Of a stretch of DNA of 64,000 nt, positions 25,099-39,197 are shown piece by piece. Numbering within the stretch: the stretch's first letter is position 1; every line of letters begins with the position of its first letter. Where the stretch lies: the NCBI GenBank assembly GCA_050084985.1, contig JBITNC010000001.1:170190001-170254000 (forward strand), read 5' to 3'. Made by a program: the position numbers and the translations under genes. The DNA is from Nageia nagi. Its lineage: Eukaryota; Plantae; Pinophyta. The notes under the pieces were generated by a model. The model made no database searches and was not told the origin of the DNA. It saw nothing but the letters and a program-made list of their open reading frames with translations.

Positions 25099-28000
25099 GA
25101 GTGATAGGTTAGAGGATGTGTAAAGGCCTTGATTTTGGATCAGGAGAGTTTTTCTAGGCACTAATGTAGGCCTATTATTTTGTATACATGTACACGAACA
25201 TGATTGTGATGTAAACACTTTTTTTTGTTGATATGATATATGATACATTATGATGTTTTATATGTATGTATGCATGTATGATTTATGTATGTATGGATGG
25301 ACACATATGGATGCACATGTATTGTTTATATGTGATGTTGTATGATGTTTATGAGGATGAATGCATTTGTGATGACATTATGAATGTGTTTAATGATATG
25401 CTATGATGTGTACAAAATGATGAATGCATGATAATAACTAAAAGTGAACCCTAAATGAACACTGAATGATCACAAAATGAAAACATAACCTAAAATGGAT
25501 ATAAAATGAACATACAATGAACATAAAATGATTGTAAAATGCATGTAAAATGAACTTGGATGGCTAATCACATCACATGGATAATGAACCTGTATGCTTA
25601 AACACACAAAAGGGAATGAACACATATGATCACATGGAAAAATAAATACAAATGATGTATAATGACAAATAATAAAATAACAAATTAAGGCAAGGTGATT
25701 TTAATAATAAAATGAACAAATATAGTAACAAATAAATGAAAGATGATAATTGAAACATTTAAAAAGATATAAGAAAATAAAAAAGATTAAGAACAATGAT
25801 AACATATGATAACAAAAAACATGCAAAGCGAGAAAAACAAGCCAAAATGCTGTTAAAATTTTGTCAAGATAGCATATAAAATGAGGAAAAACCACATTGG
25901 ACAAACACCCCCCTAATATACTTGCTTTACAAAGATCACAGTGAATACAATGATAAACATGATCAAAACATTACTACAATACAACAAAATTGGGCCAAAA
26001 CTGAAACAAAGGAAAAGCAACACTTTTCCAAAAGTGAAAAATTACAAAATTTGATGAACAATAACAAGTGACCACTTTAAGGATTGAAGAAATAGGCTGT
26101 ATGAAATGATAAATGGTTAAACCATATAAACATAGGATAAAATAGTTGAAAAAATAGAGTTTGTTTGACCTATTTATGAAGCCCAAAATGAAGGCAACTT
26201 ATCAACTTGTAAAACCCTTCAGTGAGTATTGAAAAGGTATCATTCCAAGTAGCCTTGGAAATGGCTTTCAAAAAGATAACAAATGATGAGCTATGGACTT
26301 TAAACTTGACATGAAAATTGCATTTACAATAATAGAGAGAAAAAATATGGATCTAAAAATAAAGATCAGATCACACATAAAAAAGATAAATCAAATAGTC
26401 AATTTTCACTAGGGTTAAAATTGAGGACCTATGTCCCTAAAATTTGAAACTGCAATAGATGGAAATGAAATGCAATGAAATTGGATGGGGATACATAAAA
26501 TGACATAAAAAGACCATAAAAGACTATGTGTGAAAAATAGATAACAACTGATCACTCTTGCATGCGCATGCATCGAGGTACCACATGGAACAAAGTAGCG
26601 ACTTAGGGCTAATGACAAATAGGGAAAATAGATAAAATAAAAGTTACAAACATGAAGATTGATGATAAATAAAGTGAAAAAATACTAAAACATGATGAGA
26701 GGAAGTGATAAGATATAAAAGCATAAATGATGAAAATGGAAAAAAATGCTAAACATAAGATAAGGGAAACAAACATTGAAGGTCAAAATGCATTCCAAGT
26801 CATCTGCAACATAAAAATTTCCCTCAAAAACCATGATGGTCATAGCCTATGGTCATACACAAGGGAATGAAAAAAGGTAACTCGAAGTGGTTATGGCCTA
26901 AGTTGTTATGTCCTCATCGGAAATTGTAGATGGGACAAGATGACAAGATGTGTAAATGGACATACATCGATTTCAATGATATGATACAAAGCAATAAATA
27001 ACAATATGATGATTGGAATCTTCTAGGAGATAAGGGACCAATTTCCATGCATGTACATGAATGTACTTACTCTACTGGGGATTTAAGAGATAATGTCTAA
27101 TAGTTAATCCTAAAGGAGGACCATAATTGATATCGATAAACATGAGCAAGGTAAAATATGAAATATAATAAGAGGCATAAACAAGTGAACATAAGATATG
27201 ATGTGTTGAGGAGTTTGAGTGACTATTTTCCTAACCCACAGCATATAAGAGTGTGAAACTATGACATAAAGGATAAGCTAGAGTATCAAATTTTGATAAG
27301 GTGATTCAAAATAATAAAGAGATGAGAGACACAAAGTGATACAACACTTAAGAGGAGAACAAGTACAAACTATTGATCAATATAGTGTAACATCAAAGGG
27401 TTTGGTCTAGTTGAGTACTCCATTACCTACAATGATAGGTTCCTTGAGAGAGCAGAAGGTGATGGGGATGTGCTCATGTTGGTTTTATGCTCAATCTCTA
27501 GATTATAGGTTGGTTCCTATCTATTGTGAAGGTTTAAAGTAACAAGAAAGAGATAAAAAGGTAAAGAGTTACAAGGAAAAGATAAGTAAATTGAAGTAAA
27601 ACTTAAAACAAAAAATGTACAACTCGAACATTGCAGCATAGGAAACAATCCATAACCAGGATTAAGAATAGTAAGCTATCTTACCCTTGGGGTATCACAA
27701 TCATAATACATAGCCACAATTTTAAGGAAACATCTCACACATACCATTCAAAAAAGTAATAAATAGCCACTTATTGCAAGAGGGCAAAGCATTGTCTATT
27801 TGTATTATCATATGTGAAAGTATCTTACAAATTTGGGCAAATTGAATAAAATGTCTAACCTTTTTAATTTCTAATAATTTACTATTTATATATTTTCCTC
27901 CCTAGTTGGATGGTTGTATCTCATTAATATACATAATTACTCATCTTGAATGAAGCAATCGAAGCAAAACTATTCATAATAAATATTACAAATGTGTTAG

Positions 28001-28483
28001 ATTACACAGTGAATAAGTACCAATAGCATGACTATATAAGAATTTGAAATTTTTGAATAGTCATGTCCATAGAGCCACAATCCTTTTTACATGTCATTGA
28101 CTTCTCCTTCTTCAACCTTATAGTTGATTAAAGATGGCACTGTAGCTGATTGACTAAGTACTTATTTGCAACTTGATAGGTATGATATGGTACTATGCTT
28201 TATTAGTAGCTATCTACTTCTTTGCAACTATTGATGATCCATATTATAGATGTGAATAAATAGAGTAATGGGGTTTCATGATCAATATATCAACTTAGTT
28301 TGAGAAGAAACTACCATTGTTATGTGGAAATGAGTTAGAGTCAACACATTGATAGGGCCTTGAGGGTCAAACACTTAAGATCAAGTGGACCTAGGTGTTC
28401 CTTCGTACCCATGACTCTTACCTCAGTATGATAGGTTCTATTTCCTTTCTTCAGGATTTGTTGATGATCTAGCTCTTTCAATA

Positions 28484-28710
28484 CCCATTGATTTTAGCCA
28501 AAAATTATGACTTTATCATTGAAAATCAATGAGCTTTGTTTGATATCTTCATGAATCATCATCCACCATTACTTATTCTAGGACCTATTGATTTTAGCCA
28601 TAAATTATGACATCATCACTCAAAATTGATGGGATTATTTGATATCTTCATGAATCATCACCCATCATCACCCATCATTGCTGAAAATTGGTGGGCTTTA
28701 TTTTATATCT
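28484..28710. repeat. ~100-bp duplicated unit, each copy with an internal inverted repeat
   Basis: cc(c/t)attgattttagcca at 28484 and 28584, each followed by aaaat(c/t)(a/g)atg(a/g)g. Confidence 0.8.
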
Positions 28711-28736
28711 TGGATTGGTATTTATAATAAATCTTA

Positions 28737-28927
28737 GACACTTTGTATTTACACAACTTTTGGACACTTTGTATTTACATAACTCTTGAACACTTTGTAT
28801 TTACATAACTCCCAGACACTTTGTATTTACACAACTCTTAGACACTTTGTATTTACACAACTCTTGGACACTTTGTATTTACATAACTCCTCAACACTTT
28901 GTATTTACATAACTTCTAGAAACTTTG
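28737..28927. repeat. 26-bp minisatellite, 7 full copies plus a partial
   Basis: gacactttgtatttaca(c/t)aactctt(g/a) at 28737, 28763, 28789, 28815, 28841, 28867 and 28893. Confidence 0.95.
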
Positions 28928-29130
28928 ATAGGAAATTTATAAGGCAAAATATCTAAGATAAATACTTGTACATACAATAGCTAAATTATATACATGATAG
29001 CTAGTTGTTAATAACACTGGGAACTCTTTAGATTAAGGGCTTATAGAAGGTTCAAATTTTATGTTAAAGGGAATAGAAAGAATTATGAAAAGAATGAAAT
29101 AATTAAAGAATGATAGTGTATTACCCAAAC

Positions 29131-32100
29131 TTAGATTGCAATTTTGAAGGAATACAATCTTCCAATAGCTCTTGGGGTCTTTCCTGTTGGAGAATAAGAC
29201 CCACTACTTACTACTTCTAGTAGCCTATTCACATGTAGATTTCGTAGGAGTCTCAAGTGGTGGAATTAGCTCTACTAGGTGGAATGGGTCTATCTTCTTA
29301 TTTAAATCCTTAAGATCTTGATAGTCAACTTGTGATAGAAAAGGGGCTGCTTGAATCTTTATAGTATCTACTTTGAAGCTTATTAGAACATTCTCTAGCC
29401 TCCCAGTGTGTAGGAGCTTGTGATTGACTCTTGAGCGAGGTCATTTATTTATTGTAAATATGAGATTTGCTTCTCAAAAAAGGACTTCTAAAGGAATTGA
29501 ATGGTATTGGCTACCCAAATGGTAGCACTACCTTGTACATTCTATTCTTCTCATAATTTGGGAGCTTTTATCTCAATCAAAGAATTAAAAAATTTATTAA
29601 TGAATCCTAGCTCTGTTATGAGCTAGTGTTTACTAATTTCCATGTTGAACACCAAATTTTGGAGTTCATATATACCTTGGATCCTTCTCAAATACAATTG
29701 TCTTGGTCTAGAAGTAATGGTTGCTATATCTTTCTCAATCAAGACTCTTAACCAGCTCTACATTTTCTCTAAAATTGACCTCAATATATCTAAAGCTAAC
29801 CAATGGAGGGTGGTCTATGCATTGAACTACTTAATTACTTGTAGTGCATATTCCTTTAATAGATGCATGTGTGAAAATGTCACCATTTTATCTTTGACTT
29901 GCTCTACTAAAGATTTTTTGAAGCCTTTTATTAGCAACAACAATTTTGAATTATCATTAGATAATACTTTGTTAGCTTCTATGATATTTTAAAGCTCAGC
30001 CTCAACTTGCTTGACCTTTTGAGCATCTATGACTACAACTTAATCTTTAAGATCTTGTATTATTTTATTTGTACCATATAACTCATCCTTTGTTGTTGTT
30101 AAGCTCTTCTCAAATTTTGACTTCTACTTATCAAGCTTTGCAATCAAATCTTTATTTTTGTTTTGCAACCTGGCCACTATTTTATCTTTAAAAGAATAGT
30201 ATTTCTTATACTGATCTTTTTTTTTTAATTTCTCTATTTTAGTCTCCATTTCTTGAATACTTTTATTGATCACCATTGAAGTATTTACAAGGAATCTGGA
30301 CTAGTAAATTACTAGAGTACTCTGCATACTTACATTAATTATTACCATTAGAGCAATATCCAATTATCCTTATTTGAAAGGCATATATGCTATCTTAATG
30401 TATCCTATCTCTATTACTTTACTCAAAATTCTCAACTGTTGCTCAGGAAGAATAGGAGGCTTATTAACAAAAATTTCCCAATCAATGGGCTCTACAATCT
30501 ATGTAGAAAAAATAGATTTAATCTCCTCCTAGGAGGTTGTAGGAATTAAAGAATGGGAAGGAGTAATTACACCTTAGGTAGATGTGATGACTTGTTGTGC
30601 AGGTTCTGACTACTTTGGAGGCATAGAATCTTGAATTTGTATTTCTTTCTCTACCTCCTCCATGACCTTATCATCATCATCATCTTTATACATTGGATTA
30701 GAGTCCCTTTTCCTCCTGAATTCATCATCATCATCATCACCATAATTTATTGATCCACCTCAAGGTGCAACTATTGCAAATCTACTAGCTTCAAGTACAT
30801 TCCCCTTGCCTTATTGAACTTACATGCATTTGTTTTTTGGAGTTTCTTTATTCTTTGGGACTTCTTGTTATTTTGGGAATTCTTATTGAGCACTAGTATC
30901 TATGTTATGAGGTTCTTGCAATCCCTCTATATCAAAAATTTCTTCCTCTTTTATCAAAATTGTAGAAGTTTCTTCTATGTTTTTTGGAGGTGGAGGCATA
31001 GTCCTTTATAATCTTGGCTAAGTGGAGCGAGGCTTCTTTACTAGTTTTTTCTCCTTCTCTAGGGTTTCTTATTTCTAAGCAAGGGTCTAAATTCTCCTTC
31101 TATTTTTTGGATAAGACTCTTGATAAGTGGTAGTAGTATCTAATGGATTCTATTCTCCCTTCTTTATAGGCTTTATTAAGTTGGATGGTTGTCCACCTCT
31201 ACTTGCCTCACTCTTGTAACTGATCTTCCTTGAAAATTAGGAGGAAGAGGTTGGCCCAATTTTGGTAGAGGATCCTTGGTATATTTAGCATCCCAAAACC
31301 TATCATATTTAAATTTATCCAATAATTCACTCTCAATATGATGAATCTTTATTGTATATTCAAATCTAAATGTTGTGAAATAATAGATTTTATTAGGGCC
31401 CCACCCAAAACTTGTTAATTAGGTAAGGACTTCTCGGTTGAGGGCAAAATATTACCATTTACTTTCTCATTTCTTGTATATATTTATCCCCTCAAGGGTC
31501 ATCCAAGCCTTTTTTATGGGTGTAAGTTCCCATTCAAGGTACATTTATGCTTCTTGCTCAATTTTATTTACAAAGTATTCCACATGAGGCCTATACTCAT
31601 GGAAAAATGCTGGGCATTTCTTGTTTGACCTTATTATTTTTTTCATTTCCCCTAAAGGGTCATAAAACCATGGAATTTTCACCATATATAATTTGTAATT
31701 ATGTATAAGGAATTTTGCTATGCTATCTTTACAATGTACTTCTAAAAGAGAGAAATTTTTAGTAGAAGTTAGTATATCTATAATAGATTTAAAACTACGC
31801 TTGAACCCATACTTGGTCTCTATGGTACAAATTTGCCTTCCCATTTCTATGAAATATAGCTAAGGGGTTGCATATTTAGGTAAGAAAAAGGGATTTTTAA
31901 AATATCCATACCTCATAATCATGGTGTAATCTTTTAGAAAGTACCAGTCACCAACTTTTTTTCCTCCCTATAGCTCCTATATTGCACTTTTGCATAATCT
32001 GCTAGGGAGTATTTCAATCAAAATTTACACTATTATTGCATAGAATCTATCCATGAAATTATAGTACGATCCATGCAACTTACTCAAAATTAGCACTATC

Positions 32101-33033
32101 AAGTCAATTGGTACTGGTCTAGCATTAGGATTTGTTGGCTGAATTGGTAACTCTGCCTCTATAAGTTTGTTAAGATTTTGATGGGCCAAGAGCCACCAAA
32201 GATATGAAGAATGTCTAAAGTCTGATTTTTCAATTTTAAATATACATCACTTTATTTCATTAGTAATGAAAGCTAAAAATTCATAGCAGATATGAGCCTT
32301 TGTGATATTATAAGCCATACATACCATGGCTTCATCTACTTTAGTCTAGGTTTTCTTTCTCAAAATAATTGCCAATGCTTGCAACAATTTTCTATCCATC
32401 TTCTTTTCAAATAGGTTTATCTCATAGCTTGGCCAAATTTATGTTACTCTATTCCTTTGGTATCTCTCATCAATCTAGTTTATCATCTCATCTTTATTAC
32501 CATAGAAGTCATTCTTCTCTCTTTTTAAATCATTTTGTTTTTTCACATGAAAGGTATAGTCAGCTAGGATAATAAATGCTTAAGAATAGACTTAGGGGAG
32601 TAGTCCAATATTGCTTCAAATTTTTGCTCCAACTCATCTCCCTCCTCTTGGTCCTTAAACATTCCTATCTAATAACCTTGCTGGTTATGCTTATTTGTAA
32701 TTGAATACAATAGCTCAAGGCATGTGAATGATTCATAAGGCACATAATAAGCCAAGCCTTGGTTGATCATGAAATCTCACTTTGAGTGTGGTAATGATTT
32801 TCCTTTTCTAGCAACTTTAGGTGTCATGTGTTGTAGAAAGATGCAATTGGGGTCGACCATGTATCAATGTGATTCATTACCCCCATATCAGTCCAATTCA
32901 CTTCTAGAGCATTCTCAAGATATTCTTCATGCATGACTATTAGGTTAGTATCCACTTGCTCTATTTTAGCTATAGATGAATATTGGGAAGTCATCATGGT
33001 GTTAGCACTCTTTTTAGAACCTCTGGTTTGCAT
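29131..33033 (-). pseudogene. Decayed ~1300-codon accessory ORF: globular N-half, K/E/D-rich linker, coiled-coil C-half
   Basis: Fragments MQTRGSKKS.., FTCLELLYSITNKH..ILDYSPKSILKHL, ICYEFLAFITNEIK..DFRHSSYLWWLLAHQ and IMRYGYFKNPFFLPKYATP*LYFIEMGRQICTIE lie in register on the minus strand. Confidence 0.65.
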
Positions 33034-33409
33034 TTGAGATTGTAATCACACTAGGTAAGGTCCTCCAACTTTTTATCTCCTTACTCTATTCAGCTCTATA
33101 ATCTCTAAGCTATGGAAACTGGTATGCTTGAAAATGGTAAAGTTTTGAGTTAGAGGGTATTCAAGATGTTTTATTCATCCATAGTTTATCAACCTTATAT
33201 TAATGGCAATTGATGTTTAGGGATATCTAGATCCATGCATTATACAATATGGGCTAGTACAAGTTGGATGAGTCAGTTTGGAGTGCACCAAATTTAACTT
33301 GGGGTACTTGTGTGATGATTTGAGAAATATAAGGAAATCTTTACTTAAATGCTACCTTATTCAGCTAACAATTATGCAGTGCACTAACATTAACTCTAGA
33401 TGATGTCAA

Positions 33410-36400
33410 ATTAATTTGACCCTTTAGGGATTTTTGGCTAACAAACTCAAGGTTAAACTTAGAAAAAAATATCAACCACTTAGACATTCATAAATTAAGA
33501 TAAGTCTTGCTCATCATATGCTGCAATGGATTAGCATGAGAAATTACATAATTCATATGATTAAGCATGTAATATCATAATTTCTTAGCCATGAGGATAA
33601 TTTTTAAAGAAAATATGCTCTATATAGATATACCTAAGCTCATAATAAAAAAAAGTATGACTAAGGTAATAGAATCTTGCTCCTTGCCTTGATTATGCTT
33701 CTGAGCAAGCATGACCCCTAAAGCAAAATTGATCATCAAAAGATGCAAATAGAAAGGAACACCATACCTAAGGGGAATAAAGATAGGAGGAGTGGTGAGG
33801 TAGTGCTTGATATCATTAAGAGCTTGCTAACACTTCTCATTCAACTCAAAGATCATGCCCTTTTTAAGAGCTCATTAAAAGGATGATACTTATATAAAAG
33901 ATGAGATATGAAGTGATGAATCAATTGGATCTTACATTGAAGACTCCTCAAGGTATTAAGATTATGTGGAGGAGGCATATCAATGATAGTCTTGACCTTT
34001 TTGGGATCAATCTCAATGCTTTGCTTAGAAATAATGAAACCTAGAAGCTTACATAATAAGACATCAAAAACACACTTCTTAGGATTCAACCTGATGTTAT
34101 GCTCAAGAAGATGGTTAAAGATCTTGCAAAGAACATTCTAGTGATCTTCATGTGTTTTAGATATAACAAGGAGATCATCAACATAGTATTCCATAATCTC
34201 ATGCATCATATCATGGAAGATGTAAGTCATGGATCTCTGATAGGTAGCCACAACATTCTTAAGGCCAAAGGGCATTACATGGTAATAATACATCCCCCAA
34301 GAGGTCATAAAAGTTTTATTATGCTGATAATTAGGATTTATCAATATTAGTTATACTTGAAAACCCAACCTTAAGAGATGATATCTCATACCATGTTGTA
34401 TTATCAACTAGGATATCAATGTTAGGTAATGGGAAGTGCACAAATGTATGTGACCATCATATTGATTAATAGGAACTATGTTGGAGATCCACTTGGGATA
34501 ATAAATATATTCAATAAAGTGAGATTTCAATATATTTTAAAGCTCATTCTTGATTAGAAGGGATTTTATAGGATGGAATTTCCTAGGTTTCTGCTTGACT
34601 AGTTTGGCATCAGGATAGGTCATAATGTTATGCAAAACAATATTAGGATCTAAACCTAACATATCAATGTAACCAAAATCTAAGATATTATGAGACTCAA
34701 TCAAGATGGACTTGGCTAAATCATGCTCAAGATCAATCAAAAGATCATCGACATAGACGACCTTGGGATGTTTAAGATCATCACTAATATTGATCTTGAC
34801 AAGGCCACCCACATGCATATGGGATCCTTATTCAAGCTACTTAAGGATGAGAAGATATGCATAATCATATTTAGTAAGATTGGGAATAGAAGACATAAAA
34901 CATGAGAAAGATACTTCTTCAAAAGACTAATGAGAAGGAAATCAAACCTCACATGGTGATAAGATGCTTGATGGTGACATGGAGAAATTCATGGATTCAA
35001 GACCAACAATAATCAAAGAATCACCATTAAGAGGATGATAAAAAAGGATAAAGCTCATTGAGAGAAACCATGTTAATAGAAATGACCATAGATGAAGAAG
35101 AAGGATCATTAAAGAAGTCAAGCTAAATAGAACTCTTAGATGAGATGGGATTAGAAGGATGAAAATAAGACCAACATTATCAATATCAAAAAATTGATCA
35201 TGAATGCCAAAGTTGGCAAACTCTTACTCAAGCACTAAAGCTTTGGGACCTTTGAAATCAAGGCCCCTATTATTGTGATTAGCTTGAAAAGCTAGTTGGA
35301 AGGCATGGATAGTGCCTTGATCAAACTTTCCCAAACCATAACCTTGCCATTTACAAAATTGAAAATATCGATAGATGAAATTAGAACATGACAAGTAATC
35401 AATATTAGCACAAAACCTCTCTTTCAAAGGATGATCAAGAGGTACATCATATGGGGAATCAACACCATCATAAATAAAAAAAGGCTTTGTGATCTTGGCC
35501 TAAAGGAACAATAGATCCAATGGTAATGGATGCATATTATGGTTGATAGAAATTCTTAACTGACTCAATATGATGAAAAATATCCTCAATCCAATATTAC
35601 CCTAGAATAATGTTAGCATATTGTACCAAAATAGAATGAAGAGTAGAATCATCATGGTCATCATCCTCATCCTAGATGGTAAGGTCAAAAGCATAAGCAT
35701 GGCATTCTTCCTCTTAAGAAGGTCAAAGTTGGATGACCAATGATTGATATAGGCCATAAGGTGGGGGAATGTGATTGTAAGATTGAGGTTTAATAGACTT
35801 AGGTTTATGTTTCTTGATATGAGGCACAAAACCTGATGACTATGATGAAGAGGACTCAATACAAGACTTACCATTGGGATGTGTAGGAAAGGGTACATCT
35901 AATGAACATGCAAACATAGGAGGTTGTGACCCAAGAGATGGATTCATATGAGGATGCAAATATTTGGGAGCTTGTGAATTGGAAGATGCTTGGTTAAGGT
36001 TATTATTCACAAGGATGGTGATAGGAAATAAAATTGACATAGAAAAAGGATCAAGAGCTTGAATAAGGTTGAAATGGCTAAAAGGGATAGAGTCCATTGG
36101 AATACAATGGGTCTTGCTACCATACAAATACTTAAAGCAACCATGTCTAGAAGAAGAAACCACATCCATCTCATCAATCCAACATCAAACCAAAAGGAAA
36201 TTATGCTACATCTTGCCCTCAATAACATGTCAGTGTGTAGGAACTGATTTGACTCCAACCTTAATAGGGATCACAAATACTCCTAGAGTATTAGATAAGG
36301 ATTTTTAAACTCCTTAATGGCCAAAGTAGGAGCACTCAAGTAAGATAAGGGGATACTCATAATCTAAAGTGCTACTATAGATACCACATTTATAATTGAC

Positions 36401-36480
36401 CCCTCATCAATCATAACTCTCTTAACTCCTTTCCCATATATTCATGCAATAATGTATATAGCTAGATATTTCTTAAATGA
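33410..36480 (-). pseudogene. Tat-B pol: protease, G-patch, RT and RNase H (degenerate, truncated)
   Basis: VKRVMIDEGSIINVVS; WQGYGLGKFDQG..NRGLDF; YYYHVMPFGLKNVVATYQRSM..EYYVDDLLV; NPKKCVFDV..KLLGFII. Confidence 0.92.
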
Positions 36481-36599
36481 CCTAGGAGTGTGATATGTCT
36501 AATCCACATAAAAGGTGATAGAAGGTTGCCCTATAAAAGTATTCTGATACACCCCCAAATCATTATTAGGTTGAGCTTGTGGACTTCTTGTAGAAACAT

Positions 36600-39197
36600 G
36601 ACCATCATCAATAAATAGCTAAATGTAGGATCTCAAAGTTTGACACTTATTAGTATCATGGCCCTATTGGTGATGGAAGGCACAAAAGTCATCTTCTCTA
36701 TACCATTATGGGTGTGGACCATTAGGATCCAATTATCTTATTTTAGAAAGTGTAACTAGTTTGGCATCTAGAAGCTTCTTGAGAATGTCCTCTATGGGCT
36801 TTGCTAATGGTGTCCAATTTCTTTACTACTACTAAGGCTTCCTAGGTGGTCTAGGAGGTCTTATCAGATTATTACCTTGATTAACTTTGTTACCCTAATT
36901 ATACTACCCCTAATTACCCTAATGGTACTATCCTTGATATGGTTAGTGATACTAATTCCTTGATTGATTATTTCTTTTTCTAGGAGGAGATAAGTGAAGG
37001 ATAGGTTGTGCTTAATTAACCACATATGTAACTTGATTTTCTTGTGATTTAGGCAATGCAGGATTAAGATTACGACCATTTTTGTGATTCTTTTAAGCAT
37101 TATTATTATTATCCTTCTTCCTAAGCTTGATCTCTCCTTCTTGAATATTCACTTCTTCAATGATCTTGGCTTGAGTTAAAGCATCCTCAAAGGTAAGGTG
37201 CCTTTGAATTTGTAAGATAGAAGAGATATGCTTATTGTAACACCTAGAGAATAGCTTAACCAAATCCTCTTGGTGTAAGCTATAATCCATCTTAGTTACA
37301 ATGGCTCTCCAACAAGATACATAATCTAATATGGCCTCATCATCAAATTGGGATAATTTACTCAAGTCTATAATGGAGGATATTTTTCTTATGTTTATCT
37401 TGAAATGATCTAAAAATGGATTGGCCAACTGCTCAAAAGAAAAGATGCTATATTATGGCAAGTTGTTATACCAATCTAGGGCTTGGCCCACTAAAGTCAT
37501 GGGAAAGGTTAACTTGAGGATATCATCATTGGCTATGATATAATAGGAATACTTGAAATGTTATAAATTCCCTCTAGGATCCTCTTTACCTTTGAACTTG
37601 TCCATCTCCAAAACCTCAAACTTGTATGAAAAGTCCTTCATAGGAATTAATGGATGGATACTTTCCTCACAAATGGATCCATAAGATAACTTAGATTTAC
37701 CTTGATTATTTAACCTTTGCTCCATCTCTTACAATTTCTTGAGAATTTCATCATGAGGAGTTGATGGAGGAAAGGACCAAACAATCTAATAGCATGGAGC
37801 CTAATAAGCATTAGTTTTTGTTGTTTCCCTTGAGCTTGATAAAATAGTTGTGTAGGGGAAATATTTACTTGCTAGGTATGGTGGGGTTGGACTATGAACC
37901 CTTACACCACTTGGTTATGTACACCTTGAGGGCTTAAATTGAGGTTGTCCAAGAGATGGATCTTGAACTTGTTGAAAAGATTGGAAGTATTTGTACATAG
38001 AAGTAAGCTCTTAGGGTTTTGGAACAAGATATGCTTACATGTAATTTGGATGTTGAGAAGTAGCATATAGAGGTTTGACAACTTGAGAAGGAGGATCTTG
38101 AGACATAACACTAATATGTACCCTAGGTTTGGAAACTTTAGATGCCACATAGGGTGGAATGATCTCTTAAGGATTATGATTGATCAAGTTGCTAGGTGCT
38201 ATAGGCTCTTATGGATAAGATAAATAAGTTATGTTAGCCATAGCAACTCAGGGAGGGGTTTCCATCCTCAATACTTGTGGATTAGCACTTACCTCTTACT
38301 CATGATGAGGGTCCACAAATTGTGTAAATCATTTAGCTTTTTGAAGCCTATGCCATTCCTTGAACATTTGGGCTCTCTCTTCATCATCATGGTGAGGAGC
38401 ACTTATTAGAGTGGGGGGTTCAATTTAAGGCCATGAAGATTGAACCAAAGGGTCTACATGAGAGATTAATGGAGCTTGAGGTAAGGTAAATGAAACTTGT
38501 TAGGATTGACTATGAGTCCAAGGGGGAGGAAGCATAGCAATAGGTCAGTTTCTTCTTTCCAATTTATTATTATGGAACCTCATGTTATGCAATATGATGG
38601 AGGGATAATTAGGAGGTTCATGGGGTGGAGGATCAATGGAAGAAGAATGCATGTGAGATGATGGAGGATTTCCATAGATAGTATCATAATGGTGAATGAC
38701 ACTATATGGATGAAGAGAAGAGGGCACACTTGGGTCATTAAATTCAATTTCCATAGTGAAAACATGAGGCAATGGCGAAGGGTTGGCTATCCATGTTAGT
38801 AAAATGGGGGGATGGGGACCTAAAAAATAAATGTGTTTTGACCCTAAATTGATGAAAAATTTCTTAAACATGAGGATTAATCAAAAAGAGTTGTTGCTTA
38901 ATAGGAGGATCATCATGAATAGCTTATGACGTGGAGAGATGGGTTTGCTAAACAAGGGATTCTTACATAGACTTGCATGCAAATCTTTATGAAATTGTAA
39001 ATCCTATTTATTGGAATAAATGGAAACATGTCTAGGTGGAGAAGATGGAACATGATGGTGTTGGGTCATATGAATTGAAATGGGTTGAGATATGGAAGGT
39101 GAAGGTGGTTGAGAAGATGGATTGGATTGAGAAGACCTAGTTTGTCTAGCTTTAATTTTGCTCTTGTTTCAATTGTATTATGTGGATAACCTTCCAT
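36600..39197 (-). pseudogene. Tat-B gag, degenerate
   Basis: ATG at 39197 (MEGYPHNTIETRAK), capsid LANPFLDHFKINIRK, knuckle FCAFHHQ*GHDTNKC at about 36640-36690. Confidence 0.9.

Larger units (their letters stand above)
27700..33408 (-). mobile_element. Foreign retroelement segment (LTR-like part, repeats, large ORF) occupying the place of Tat-B aRH/integrase
   Basis: Tat-B RH stops at about 33410 (FNLEFVSQKSLKGQI) and no aRH or integrase follows. The LTR-like part 27700-28347 has a minus-strand TATA-like motif and starts TGTTGACTC. Confidence 0.6.

Noticed and set aside
28737-28927. CRISPR-like array
   Set aside because: The units are head-to-tail with no unique spacers, there are no cas genes, and the context is eukaryotic retroelement DNA.
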